64,000 nucleotides of DNA from Glaucostegus cemiculus (lineage: Eukaryota): the NCBI GenBank assembly GCA_976551045.1, contig CDPCPM010000471.1, positions 2,108,001-2,172,000 on the forward strand, read 5' to 3'. A program made the position numbers and the translations under genes. Shown here in pieces: positions 28,601-43,600 of this stretch. Numbering within the stretch: the stretch's first letter is position 1; each line of letters starts with the position of its first letter. The notes under the pieces are model-generated. The model ran no database searches. It was not told the origin of the DNA and worked only from the letters and a program-made list of their open reading frames with translations.

Positions 28601-31600
28601 AGTGTGTTGTCACTACAGGGGTACTGGACCTGTACAACAACGTAAGCGTGCAGGAAGTTCGACGCAATCATATCTGGCACAAAAGGGGTGTTTTCATCCT
28701 GGAAGACTATGGCCACTATATCATTTCCTATGTGTCGTTTTCTTTGAAGCTGAACAGGGAAACAAGTCATTTGAATCAAAATACAAATAATCTACAGATT
28801 AACAGCCTAAGAGATAATACAGGTCACTGGGTCCCTGTGCTTTCCTGTCATTTGAAGACTGCTCCCAGGTGTATACCTGCCTGATTCCCCAGTGTCCAAA
28901 CATCTATTACTCTGGCCTTGAATGTTCTCAAGAACTGAGGAGAGGTTTACAAGTCCAAGAGAAGAAATCTCTCATCTTCTCAGTTCTGAAGTTCCTCCTC
29001 TCTTCCTACACTCTCAGCCAAAGGACACTTGCCATCTACTTCCTTGTCATCGACCCTGATAAACTCTCAGAGTTGTAGAGAGTTCACTGCTCATTCTTCC
29101 TGAATTTGCTAGTTAATTAATGCATTAAGATGTCAGACAAAAGTGAAACACACACAAGACTGATCAATGCAAATGCTGTGACCGTATGGACCTTCCCAGA
29201 TTGTTATATTATCAGATCAATATATCACATATCCCAGGTTGCACGGAACTAGAATCATCACCACAGCAGTTTCCACTCCTTGTAGGAACACTTCTAGAAT
29301 TATAGAGCACAGAAACCCAACTGGTCCGTACTGATCAAGACGTCTATCTGCACTAATCCCATTTGCCTGTGTTGGGTCCATTTCCTATCAATGTACCTGT
29401 CCAGGTGTAATTGTACCTGCCTCTACCACCTCTCTGGCTTGCCCCATGTATCCAACACCCTCTGTGCAAAAAATTGCCCCCTCAGATCCACTTCAAATCT
29501 TTCCCCTTTCACCTACGTCCTTCTGTTCTAGACTCCCCTACCCTGGGAAAAATACTGTGACTATCAACTCTATCTGTGTCCCTCAGAATTTCATAAGGTC
29601 ACCCCTCAGCCTCCTTCGCTCCAGGGAAGCTGTCCCAGGCTATCCAGTCTCTCTTTATAACTCAATTCCTCCAGTCCAGGCGACATTCCCGTGTCACACG
29701 TTCAGACAACACAGGACCTGCCAGTTAGTCCCTCGTGTCCTTGAAGATTCGTTGAAATAATCAATCCCTCTCCTCTCCACTTCCCTCATGGCTTTAATTC
29801 TTTTCTAAAACAAAACAATCACTTTAGAAAACTTCTGTTGAATCTTCTTCCACTCCACTTCAGGCAATGTGTCTCAGATCACACACTCACCGAGTAAAAA
29901 TGTAAAAATGCCAAACAATGATGGACATTTAGCCACAAGCTAAACCTTCAGAAGGTATTTTAAGACCTTAACTCTGGATCAAGCTTGTTGTTTTGTTTAA
30001 TGACACCAGGATCTTCCTCTGAATGGAAACAGAACAGCTGGCCACACCTTCAACGGAGAACCGTGAACATTAAGGACATACTCTGTTCCCCACTGTAACA
30101 TCCCCCAGTCCCACTGTGTCGACTTACCTGCTGTGCATCCCCTTCTGTGTATGGGAGCTTTGTGGAGACATGGAACATTATTTCTTTGTTTCTGAACCTA
30201 CAGTAGATTGATTCTGTTCCTGTTTGGCCATGCGCAACATCAAGGCCCCCTCGAAATCTACAGTGCAAAGGATTAGATTATTACAATAGTGACGTGCCCT
30301 TGCTTCAGTAAAACATTCCAAGGGACTTCACAGGAAACATCAAAAGTCAGAAACCTCAAGTATTCCTGCATTTGGGTTAGTCATGTCCTGAGGTAGGTGC
30401 AGTCAGAAACTGAGTCAGCTAATATTACAGAGGTGAGATGGAACAAACATATCTCCAGTCAACATTGAAGGAGGCCTTTCAGCCCATCGAGTCTACACCA
30501 GCTCTCAGAACAATCCCATTCTGTCATTAATTTTTCCTGTTACCCATTCCCATCAATTTCCTCTAGATTCTAGCACTCACCTATACTAGGGGCAATTCAC
30601 AGCCACCAATTAACTGACCAACCCTTTCATCTTTGACATGTGGGAGGAAACTGGAGCACAAGTCATACAGCATGGGCCCACCGGGTCCACTCCAATCATC
30701 CATTTGCACTAATCCCACAATAATTCTTTTCTATTCTCTTCTCTTTCACTCCTTCTTCCTTCTTCCCATCTTCCAACCTTGTCAACTTGTGTGTCTGTAA
30801 TTCTGTGTGTCCTTTCCACCATTAAATGGATCCCAAATGTTGCCTAACTTGCTGTCCCTTCAAGACTGTTAGCTGCAATTCCCATTCTCTGAAGGTCTCC
30901 CAATCTTGTCTAAATCTTCCTTGATGTTGCTGCCTTTCTGCCTGGAACTGTCCTGCCCTGCTTATCTAGCTGGGGAGAGGGGGACCTAAGCAGTCACAGC
31001 GAGAACATGCAAACTCTACACAAACAGACCCCACCCAACCCTAGTCATTTTCTCTTCACTCCTCTTCCATCAGGTAGAAGATAGAGGAGTGTGAGGGCAC
31101 GTACCACCAGGCTCAAGGACAGCTTCTGTCCTACTGTGATAAGACTATTGAACTGTTCCCTTATACTTTGAGATGGATTCTTACATCATGATCTACCTTC
31201 TGACCTTGCACTTTATTCTCTACCTGCACTGCACTTTCACTGTAGCTGTGACACTTTACTGTTATTGTTTTTACCTGTACTACCTCAATGCACTCTGTGC
31301 TAACTCAATGTAACTGCACTGTGTAATGAATTGACCTGTATGATTGGTATGCAAGACAAGTTTTTCCACTGTACCTTGGTACAAGTGACAATAATAAACC
31401 AACACCAATACCAGAGTTCAGGATTGAACCTGGGCCGCTGGATCTGTGAGGTAGCAGCACCACTAGCTGCACCACAGTGCCACCCATATGGTCTGAAGCT
31501 CATCTTGGGGCCAAACGTGGCACCACTGTTGTGAACAGTCTGATTCAGTCTCAGGTAGCTACAGAGAAGGTGGTGGACAGTGGCCAGGAAACCAAGGACA

Positions 31601-34600
31601 AAGACTTTGACCAATGGCAGCAAAAAATCTGCTGAAGGAACTCAAGGGGTCGAGCAACAGTTGCTGGGAGAAAGTAATTGTTGATGTTTTCGGTGGAAAC
31701 CTTGGATTATGAAACACTCCTGATGCACGGTTTCAACCCAAAACGTCGAAAATTCCTTTCTCCCCACAGATGCTGCTCGACCTGCTGAGTTCCTCCAACA
31801 CATTGTACATTGGTCCAGATCCCAACATCTGCACTCTCTTGTATCTCCAAAGAGTTTGACCTTCCTTATGGATGAGACTTGTGTTCACCCAGTACAAGAT
31901 ACATCAGCGAAGCTGTCAACTAAACCTGCAAGAAATGAACCAGTTGTAAGTGGTCACATTACCAATTGCAACAATGGTCCTTTAACAAGATAATGGAGCC
32001 ACTTTAGCTCTATAAAGCTCTTCAGTTTTGCTAATCCAATTGTACATGTGGGACTCTGGATGTTTACAAGGTCAATGTAAACAAAGCTTGATCGTTCTAG
32101 TTTCACGGGAGTTAGGGCAAAGGCTCTAATCGGTGTTCCGTAGAGCATCACCTCATTTCCCTGTGAGGTCCTCATAGGGGAGGATGTATGTATGTATGGG
32201 GCCATGAACCTTGTATCCAGCCTCCCAGTGAGGAGAAGTTAGTTGAAACTGAAAGGATTAAATTGAGGTCAGGCTGCGTACTTGTGTGTGGGAGATGAGG
32301 GGCGAGATAATTGTTTAAGATCACTAAAGGTTGCAGTAGACTGATTAAAGTGAAGCTGCTGCTCAGGTCAGTGTAGTCCAGGACCGCAGGGTGGGGGAGG
32401 GGAGGAGTTGGGATAACAGACTGGGAGACAGGGGATGTCAGAAGCAAATCCTCACCCAAAGGGTGTGGAAATCCTTCCCTTCAAAAATCTCACATAGAGG
32501 CAGGTGTACTATGCAGACTAATTTCTACGGGAAATATAATGTGGATGTACAGTATATCTGGGATTTATCCCATCGATCAGGGAATGACTTTCATCATTTT
32601 GGAATCATTCATGTAGTTGACAGGGGATTAATCCTGGGGTAACTAGCAGAGTACAACCTCTGACATGGATACCACTTCCCACAGGAGTTAAAGGGGAGGA
32701 CCAGAGCAAGCCCAGGCTGAGTACTGGGGTGCCACCTCAGGTGGGCCCCCTTTAAGTCCCATGCCCTTCTTCAGACCTCTTTCCTCCACCCCTGCCAATG
32801 TGTCTCATAACCCAACTGAATTCCACCTCGCTGGCTGATTTGTGGCTCCTGTTCCTATTTTTCTAAGAACTACCCTCTGCACGTGCTCAGGATTATATGG
32901 TAAATTGGTTTATTATTGTCAGATGTACTGAGGTACAATGGAAAACTTTGTTTCGTATGCCATCTATACAGATCATTTCATCACATTGAGGTAGTACAAG
33001 GGAAAAGCAATAACAAAATGCAGAATAAAGTGTTACAGAGAAAGTGCCATGCAGGCAGACAAGGTGCAAGGTCATAAGAAGGTAGATTGTGAGGTCAAGA
33101 GTCTATCTTATCATGCAAGAGGTCTATTCAATAGCCTTATAACAACAGGATAGAAGCCTGGTGGTACGTGCTTTCAGGTTTTTATATCTTCTGCCCAATG
33201 GGAGGGGGGAGAAGGGAGAATGTCTGAGGTGGGTGGGATCTTTAATTATGCTGGCTGATTTAGTGAGGCAACAAGAAGTGTAGACAGACTGGGAAAGCCA
33301 GTGCCCACTCTAATTCATGGGGTACAGAATATTTTGTACCCTCGATTGGCCAAGATCATTCACCCCTGACAGCTTCCATTGCAGGTATTATGCAAGGGAT
33401 CATTTTCAATTGTCTCCCAGATGATCTAAGAAGCAACAACAGCTCACTTCCTACATTTTTATTATTCAATTAACTTTGAAGGGTTAAATATGAGTTTTCA
33501 AAGAAACAGTTTCAAGTCAACGAGTTCATTGTCATGTACACAAGTACGGTGAGGTACAGGTACAATGAGAAACTTGCTCACAGCAGCATCACAGGCACGT
33601 AGGTACAGACAACACATGAAACTCTGTATATCCAGTCAATGGAATTGATCAATATTATTTATCCTACTCAACTGGATTGAAAGATTGAAGGATATTGAAA
33701 GTTAGCTTTCATTGTTCCACTGTCGACGGACACGATAGAGAACTGGCCGATTTAGGACCAAGAGTTCACTCACCCTTTGAAGTCCTGCAGCTCAACTTTC
33801 TCCCCCAACAGTTGCAGAAATTCCACAAAGGCAGGGCTTTCTTCATTGTTGGTGAACAGTTCTTCCTCTGAGGTCTGTTACAGAAGAGGAAATATTGGGC
33901 ATTGCTGCCTTGACATGATTGTCTACAGGGATTCATACTAAATACATCAACATGAACCTGTAAAATATTAGAGTTTAGATTACACTTCAAATTCTCATTG
34001 GATGTGCTGCTCTTTGGGGTGACTTGGAAGGCATTATGTATACGCAAGCTTTGCATTTACTTCCAAAAAAATAATGTCAACACAATATCGTCAAAGGAAA
34101 GAGCACCTTTCAGCTGCGCCAGAGAGTTTTATTATTCTCTGTACCTCACTAAGGAAGATAATTAAAATTGCAAAGCAATTTCTTAGTATGGATGCACTTC
34201 AGCAGAAAACAAATGCAATAGAATATTCCCCCTTTAAATGATAAAACCAATTTATCACAAGCTTTGCAATAGACTGTGCTAAATAAATCTCAAGCTAATC
34301 AACACAATTAATTATTAATGTGAATATTTTATATTGAACAACTCATTATTGTCCTCCACTACACAGTTTTCCGGATTCAAATTAGTTTGCCGTCACTCTC
34401 ACACTTTCACCAATGAGTGTCGCACTATTAATGCAAATTAAATACTCTTTAAAGCCTATTGAATTGCCAAGAGGCTTATTGTCACCCGAGAGGGCCTGGG
34501 AGGGCTGTGGAGAAAGGCAGACACAACAAGTACATCTAGGCAGCATGCGATTAATTGTTTTGATGCTTACATTTGAACATCCTGCCTGGCTGCTTTGTAA

Positions 34601-37600
34601 GACTTGAGTGTCGTTTACAATATGTAAGAGCCAGAACAACATATGAGACATCTCATGTAATATGTTTCTAATGTATCATTTGTTCTCCTACCCTTTAAGA
34701 TATAATGAGTGCCTTCATCTACAACAAAGTGCATGCACATTTGGTGAGATAAAAGGAAAGGGCTGGGAGTGGATAAAAATTGCTGGTTACTTTGCCCAAT
34801 TGTGATTAAGGTTCAGTCGGAAGTTTGTTCAGAAGTGCTTCCAACTGGCACTTGGGTTTTACATTGGCTGCCTTCCATTGTGGGTTGCCCTCTGTTTAAA
34901 ACCAAACCACAGTTGTTCCTCAGCTCAAGGTGCTCTCCCACCATCTGCAGTGGCAGTTGTCCCACCTTAGAACATAGAACAGTACAGAACAGGAAAAGAC
35001 CATTCAGCCCACAATATCTGTTCCAACCACGGTGCCAATCCAACCCAAGCTTTGTGGCTGCTTTCCTTCTGTCATGGCAGTCGTGGGAAGCTCAAGAGGA
35101 ACAATGGGAGGTTTTATGAAAGGGATCAAAAATCACAATTTCCTGGAATTTCCCAGTGACTTGGTATCAAACTCACTGCCCATGCAGCTGAAACAGGATG
35201 ATTCATAAGGAGGATCGATCAGGAAAGATACAGTTATGTACAACTGACTGGAACCATTCAAGAAGGCAGCTCATGTCCACCTTCTCAAGCACAATTAAGG
35301 ATTTGAGATCTTAATTGCTTCAGACTAGTGGATCCCTTGCATTTTTTTTACCTGGAACCCCTTCACAGAGAGAGAGAGATGTTGCTTTTGTTCCTCTCAC
35401 TGCATTCTCCACACAAACCCCTCAGAACTGAATACACTAGAAAATGCCCATTTGATGAATCACGAGAGAACAGCTAACATAGATGGTGCTGTAAGTAGTA
35501 TGGGTCAGGGTAGGGAAAAAATGGAACTAAAGCATTTTAAATGCATTTCATTTATTGCCAGCATTATTGCTAGAGTTATGGAGGTTTCAGCTTCCTAGGT
35601 CCAATACAATAACTCTATCAAACCACAAGATTCACGCTGTGGAGTTCTATGTTAAGTATGGAATAGATGTGTGACTTCCCTGTAACCAACATCACTGGAG
35701 CAGCTGAGGAAGGAAGGCAGTTGTCTGGGAAGAAGAAAGAACCTTGTGTTTATATGGTCCCTTTCCCAACCTCAGGGTTTTCCGAAGTGCTCCAAAGTCA
35801 TCAAAGCATCTTCTGAAGTGTGGTCAAAGTCAAAGTTGAGTTTATTGCCATATGCAATGAAAAATTAACTTGCAGCAGCCTCACAGGCACAGAGCATCAG
35901 AGACACAACATTCACAAGAAAAGCACCAATTAAATATAAATTATGCAATGCAATGTAGAGACACGAGGCAGATAACTTGTGAACAAAATCCCACCAACAA
36001 AGTAATGGCTTGGGTTGAAGAATTAGTGTTGATCGGGATAGTGAGCAAGTTCCCCTGCTTTGTTTTAAATAGTGAGTGAGATCTTTCAGAAGTGCCCACA
36101 AAGTCAGACGGAGTTCCTGTTTATCGTCCCTTCCAAAAGTATTTATGGTGAAACACTCCCTCAGCTCAGGTTTCCAGAGCAGATCATAAAACCCCAACCA
36201 CGTGTGTGAGGAAGGTGCAGGACTGAGCTCTGGGTACAGGCTAATGCCTCAGATCATGAAACATGAAAACCAGATGTAGCTTTTGATATAAATAAAACAA
36301 AAACACACATACTAAAGTGGTCCCACAGACAAAACACGCACTCGCATGTATCTCTACATTAAGCCACCCAAGAAGTTAACCAGCTGAGAATGCAGTAAAA
36401 GTGGGAGTTCTGTCATAACCTGACAGTTTGTGGCTCAGGCTGAATGAATTTTGTGACTAAATATCCACAGTAATATGAAGTCCTGCAAAATTTGAAAGGC
36501 AAATTGCTCCAGGAAACATTTTCTCAGCCGCAGTTTGCTGAAAGTGTTGCTTTAATTTTTCAAACTGGTAGGTGCCCCCCCAGCACCACGCACCAGCATG
36601 GAGATGTCAGATGAGGGGCGCAGTGAACAGCTTTCTTTGGGTGTTTGTAAGTGGAGTGGAGAATACAGCGAGAGGGACAGAAGGAACATCTCCCTCTGAA
36701 CTGGGGTGCCAGGAAAAAAGTGGCTGGCAACCACCAGTGGGAAGCAAGTGCTATCCAGCATTTCACAGACAGACCACATAATATGCAATGATTTCAAATG
36801 AATAAAAGTATTAATGTAATTTAATTTTTAAATTTTTAAAAATATTTTATTTACAGCGTGGTAACAGGCCCTTCTGTCCCAATGAGTCCGTGCTGCCCAT
36901 TTTAAACCTCCAAATTAACCTACCCGTACGTCTTTTTAGAATGTGGGAGGAAACCGGAGCACCTGGAGGAAACCCACACAGACACTGGAGAACGTACAAA
37001 CTCCTTACAGACAGTGACTGTAAGGAATCGGAATCGAACCCCGATCGCTGGCACTGTAATAGTGTCATGCTAACCACTATGCTACCGTGCCGCCCAATAA
37101 CTTACAATAATTTACAATAACAATTCAGAGTCGTGTAACATTGTGATCACACAAACACAGCCATACCAACCTTACTTTGTTCTAATCATATCAAACCATA
37201 TCCTTAAATGGAGGAAGTACTTGTCATGGCGTCATCGAGTTGTATATTGCAGAAACAGGCCCTTCGGCCCATCACATCCATGCCAACCATTGCACACATC
37301 AACACTTATCCCATTGTTCTGCAGCCTTCTAGGCTTTAGCAATACAAGTGATTGGCTGGATGCTTCTTAAATGTTGCAATAGTACCTGCCTCTACCATCC
37401 CACTCTACCCCTCACTCAGTGTGAAATGTTCCCCTCAAATACCCTATAAACCTCCTACCTCTCACCTCAAACCTACACTGTCTTGATTTAGACACCACCA
37501 CTGAGCAAAAAAGATTCCCACTGTCCAGCCCATCTATCCTCTTCTTGAGCCTTCATTGTAAAGGTTTAGTGCACTCTCCTCCTCACTGATCTGAGCATTA

Positions 37601-40600
37601 CTGGGGTGCAGGTACTTTGTGGAAGTATTCTTACACTGAGTGCTAACAAGCTGTGGGTCCATGAAGGACCATGTTCTGAGTCCAGCACTGACGCACCAGC
37701 TCCCAGAATAGATTTTACCACCTGTTCCAAATAGTCACACATTACAGTCCAACTTGTGCTTTAGCCAAGCTGCTGAACCAGAGCAAAGTCTGAAATTGAC
37801 ACCATCTTATTATAACTATATCTTATTAAAGCATTAGGAGGAAGCTGTGGTTGATATGGAGAACTTACCTGGCTGAACTTCTGATAAATAACCCCAAACT
37901 TGAAATGATTGCTGATGACATGCTCGTCAAATGTTACAATTAGCCGGGAGGCCTGAAAGAGACAGAAGGAAGTGTAACGTCGTCACAAGGGAGCAGTTCT
38001 CTACAGCGTGGTCTCGTCGTTTACAACAACTGCATTCTCTCAGGTGTCTTTACAACTAACACAGACAGCAAGCGGGGACGAGACTGGGAAAGGTAGTTCA
38101 GAGGAGAGAGACACATTGGAAAGAACAGCCAAGACTGATTCCTACCTTAGGGTATAAAACTGGGAAAAAACGGTCCACATTTACATCTTCACAAACAAGC
38201 TGGAAATAGAACAGAAGGTTGTTTGAACTTGTGGGATTCAGTTTGCTTTGCTGTTAGTCTGCTCTCGTATTCCTGCTGCAGTAAGAATTTTTCAAGCTAC
38301 AGCATAGAGTCATATAATCATAGAGCCCAAAACAGGCCCTTCAGCCCAACTCATCCATGCTGACCAATATCCCTATCTACGTAAATCCCATTATCCCACT
38401 AACAAGAGGCGGTGCCTCAGGAAGGCAGCATCCCTCACTAAGGAACCTCACCATCTGGGACATGCCCTCTTCTTGTTACTACCATCGGGGAGGGGTTACA
38501 GAAGCCTGAAGACCCACACTCAATTATTCAGGAACGGCTTCTTTCCCTCTACCATCAGATTTCTGGATGGTCCATGAACCAGAAAACAACAAATTTCACA
38601 TCAGTTAAGTCAGTGATAATAAATCTGATTCTGATAACTGCATTTGGCCCATTTTCTTCTATTTCCTTCCTGTCCATGTATCCAGTTAAACACTGTAGTT
38701 GTACCTGCCTCTACCACCTTGTTCCATATATGTACCACGCACTGTATGAAAAACTTGCCTCTCAGATCTTTAATTTTCTCCCCTCTCACCTTAATCCTAT
38801 GCTCTCTAGTTCTAGACTCCTCTACCTTGGAAGAAGACTGTAAAAATCTACCCTATCTATTCCCCTGATAATTTTATAAACTCTGTAAGTTCACCCCTCA
38901 ACTTCCTGCATTCCAGTGAGAAAAATTCCACCCTGTCCAACCTCTCCTTGTCACTAAAGCCCTCCATTCCAGGCAACATCCTGGTGAATCCCTTCTGCAC
39001 CCTCTCCAGTGCTAGCACATCCTTCCTTGTAGTGTGGTGAGCAGAACTGCACACAACGTGTGGCCTGACCAATGTCTTGTGCAGCAACATGATGTTCCAA
39101 CTCTTGTACTCATTAACCCTGCCTAAGAGGGCAAGTAAGCGAAACACCTTCTTCGCTACCCTACTCATCTGTGTTGTCATTTTCAGGGAGCTATGAACTT
39201 GCACCCCAAGATCTCTCTGTACATCAACACTTCTCTGGTCCCTGCTGTTTACTGTACATGTCTGGCTAGTAATATTCGACCCAAAGTTCATTACCTCACA
39301 CTTGTCTGGATTAAATTGCATCTGCCAACACTCTGCCCAACTTCCCAACTGATCCACATCCTTCCATATCCTTAGGCAGCTGTCCTCGCTATCTACTATT
39401 TCACCAACTTTTGCGTCATCAGCAAACTTACTTATCAGACCAGAGATATTCTCATCTAATTTATTTATATATATGACAAAGAACAAAGGTCTGAGCAACG
39501 ATGTCTGTGATACAACACTGGTTGTGTTGTAAACCTTTCAAGTCATCTGGGCTTTGGAACATGCTTTCTGAGGCTCTGGACTCCTTGCTCCCTCTGCATT
39601 CCAGTTTCTTTCATATGATGCCTTAGTGGTTGCCTTTGCCTGAACCAAGTGCCAAGGAAGCTGAGCAAGTGAAGGGGATGACAACCAGCAGGTGGTCAGA
39701 GGGGAAAGTGAGGGGCTTTCACAGGAGTCATGTAAACATGACAAGAGGTTGTGGAATGAGATTGGCTGCACCTCCAGTGATGGTACCACATGTGCAGAGT
39801 CTGGTCCTTGTTGGCATAGCTGATTGGGAGAGGCTGCATGTCTAATGTTACACATAACCAGCTGGGACCGTCTGTACCAGGCAGCATTAGGCACACTCAG
39901 TCTCTGTGCCTGCATCCCCTACTACTCACCGTCTCTGGCCATGGTGGCATCGTTGTGAGTTACAGGACTAGTTTCCACAGGACCAGGCATTGATCCAAGG
40001 AAGACAAAGGAAAATAAACTCAGGGCTTCAACTAGTTCTGGGCCTGGGTCAAAGCATTTTCTTTCAGTCAAACACTTCTGGCCCATGGACCAGAGTCAAT
40101 CCATTTCCTCCCTGCTGCCTTAAACCTTTGAAGCCTGTAGGATATTAATGTTTGTGTTATGTTCCTTTGATCATTGTGGTCTTGTTAAGGACAAACATTG
40201 CAGTGATGTAGGCACCTTATTATAAAAATGTCTCAAAAGACCACATGCAACAAAGGGTCTGAGTACCAACAGGTGACCTTACAAAATAGCAGCTCTTTTG
40301 GGCAGAACTGATGGTGNNNNNNNNNNNNNNNNNNNNNNNNNNNNNNNNNNNNNNNNNNNNNNNNNNNNNNNNNNNNNNNNNNNNNNNNNNNNNNNNNNNN
40401 NNNNNNNNNNNNNNNNNNNNNNNNNNNNNNNNNNNNNNNNNNNNNNNNNNNNNNNNNNNNAGGATTGTGAAAGGAACCTTTGATGGACATACCCACCCTC
40501 ACCTGCAAAAAGACCATCAAAGAGTTAAGTATTATAGCATTATACGGAACATACTGCATTCAAACAAGCTTTTCAGCTCAGCGAGCTCATACCAGCGGAA

Positions 40601-43600
40601 CATTCAAACCTCTTCCATCTTTCACACCTCCCTTTATTCCCTCATACATTTATCCATCTTCCCCTTAAACACAATCTCTACTTTTTCACCACTTTCTGGT
40701 AAAGACGTTTCTCCTGAACTTTCCATTTCTGGATCACCCTCTTTCTTCATTGGTCCTTAGCTCTGCTCATCACCACAAGCAAAGCCCCTCGCTCAGGGCC
40801 AATCAAAACCCCTGAGTTTTAAAGCCGTCCAATCAGTGGCTGTTCAGCTCTGACCCACCTTTGCCATTTGGATCACGTTTGGGAACTCAATCAGGCAGGA
40901 GATGGGGATGACGTCCTGGTACGTTTTGCATTTGGTTCTACAGAGGAAGAATTGAAATTAATAACCACCTTCATGCCAAGAACGTTTGCCAAACACTTTT
41001 CAATTAAATCTTTAGGTAAAATAAATTAATGTGTCAGTCAAGAAATGCTCAGGAACATAAAAACAGAGCCCCTCAAGTCTGCCTCACCATTCAACGTGGT
41101 CGTGGCTGATCTGCCCCAGGCCACATCTCCTCTTAGACCATAAGATATAGGAGCAGAATTAGGCCATTTGGCCCATCGAGTTTACTCTGCCATTCATTTA
41201 TTGCTGTTCTTTTTCCCAACTCCATTCTCCAGCCTTCTCCCTGTAACCCTTAACCTCTGCTGCTGTGCCAGTTCCCCTTAACCTTCAAGTCCCTGATCTT
41301 TCAAAATATTACCAACTTCTTCTTTAAGTATGCCAAAGAATAATTTGTAAAGTTAGCAGAACTTGGATTGGAGTCAGACTCAGGAATCAAACACAGACAG
41401 AGCAATGAGCATCAGAATTTCAGTCAAAGAGCCCATGGTTACTGTTGCAATAGCGAGGGACCCACCAAGTTTAAGTTTAGGGCCCTGGCACCAGACCAGC
41501 TATAAACCCCACCCTGCCTCCAACTCATGGTACAACAGCATCAAGACACACTAATAATGGCCAGTATAGGTTGCAGCCTCCATTTGAATATCTGAAGAGG
41601 CTGCTTCTCAAGTTTTGGCTGCACTTCAGCTCCACACTCCTGATCTTCGGTGACCCAGTGCGGAGGGTGTGGGTTGCTCGGGGGATCTCCTGGTCGGTTT
41701 GCTCCTGGGCCTGGTCAGGGAAGCCATTTATGGATTGAAGGTTCTGCCCAAACTGATTGCCTGCGCCTCTTCTGGGGTTACATCCGTGCCTGTGTGTCCC
41801 TGGAGAAGGATCATGCGGTACCCACCGGGTACAATGTGAAACTTCTGGGATTGGTGGGTGCCACAGGGTCTCGGGTTCATTCTGAATAACGATGACTGTT
41901 GTTTGAAACTGTAAATCGTGTGTATCGTGGAATGCTGTAGTATTGTAATAATGTGATGCTGTAATAAATATCCTTTGGAAAAGGAACCAAAAATGGCCAG
42001 CATTAACAAGATGTGAAGAACTATTCAAAGACCCAACCGTGGCTAAAATCATCAGAGCCTTTTTAAAATTGGTTAAGAGCAGGTAAGAACTATGGACTGT
42101 CCAGAAGACTTCCCAGCAGGAGAAAGGCTAACATGAGGGGACATAATTTTAAGGTGACTGGAGGAAGATATAAGGGGGATGTCAGGGGTAAGTTTTTTTA
42201 CACAGAGAGTGGTGGATGAGTGGAACGCACTGCCGGCAGAGGTTGTGGGGGCAGATACATTAGGGACATTTAAGAGACTCTTAGATAGACACATGAATGA
42301 CAGAGAAATGGAGGGTGATGTGGGAGGGAAGGGTTAGATAGATCTTGGAGCAGGATAAAATGTCGGCACAACACTGTGGGCCGGAGGGCCTGTACTGTGC
42401 TGTAATGTTCTATGTTCTAAGACAGCAGAATCTGTGCAATTGTTTCAGTGGTCAGATTTGCTAGCCTGATGCAGCGGCCTGTGGTGGGTTGAAGGGTGAG
42501 GGCTCCTACACGTTGTCTAAAAATGGCCAAGAGGCCTAATTCCCACTCAGTGACCTACCTTAACAGCAGGCGGAGGTGCTCCTGGTCGCCAATAATGTCA
42601 TACTTGAGGGAGAACACCAGGTGGCCCAGGGCATTGTCAATGCAGTAATAATTGAAGTGTTCCTGAGGAAGGAAAGCATCGAGTTAAACATTCACAAGGA
42701 ATCTTCACAAGCACAGGACCTGCCTCAGTGCTGTATGACTCTATGATTTTAATCATCATCTCCATTTGTTGATATCTTTGTGAAACAACTTAATAGGGAT
42801 GCATTTGTACACATACCTGCTGGACGCTACTTATATTCTATTTCGTGCCTTCATTTTTGAATTATCTAAAACATGCAACTGGAAAATTGGGATTTCTAAG
42901 GAAGGCAAGAAAAGTGTAGGAGAGAAAATTAATCTTGGAGACTACAGTTGAAAGGATAATTTAATGAGCCAACCAGCATAGGGTATGGGAGCTGCAAGAA
43001 ACTGCAGATGCTGGAATCTGGAGCAACAAACAATCTGCTGGAGGAACTCAGTGGGTTGAGCAGATTATACTCCTCCAGCAGATTGTTTGTTGCTGCACAG
43101 GGTAATCCTCAATTCCCTTCCATAATTCAGTGCACCCCATGCATGAACAGGAGCAACATTTATTCCAAGCTGCTTCTGACATTTCTTTTCAGGGGTTTTC
43201 AGGCCCCCTGATATGCTTACAATGAGAGAACCAACCCAACAGAAAATCCAGACTTTGGCCTTTAAAAGCAACCAACTCATTGAGAGAAACACAAGAGACT
43301 GCAGATGCTGGAATCTGGAGCAAAAATCAAACTGCTCAAGGAATTCAACTGATCGAGCAGCATCTGCGGAGGGAAAGGAATTGTCGACGTTTGGGCTCGA
43401 GATCTTCATCAGCAGGGTCTAGATCCGATATGTCAACAATTCCTCTCCCTCCACAGATGCTGCTTGACCTGCTGAGTTCCTCCAGCAGTTTTTTTTTGCA
43501 TCATCTTATTAAAACAGGTTAAATTGACTGAGTAGCTATGATGGAACTTCCAGTGACTGCTGATCTGATACAGATCAGGAACTTCAGAACAATTCCCTAC

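Noticed and set aside
38857-39498. 213-aa ORF as a domesticated reverse-transcriptase gene
   Set aside because: 5'-truncated CR1 RT fragment with degenerate motifs; an ordinary LINE relic.
41525-42052. 175-aa minus-strand ORF between two RAP1GAP exons
   Set aside because: The flanking exons already join in phase (AG|A, Arg) within a conserved region; no homology recognised.
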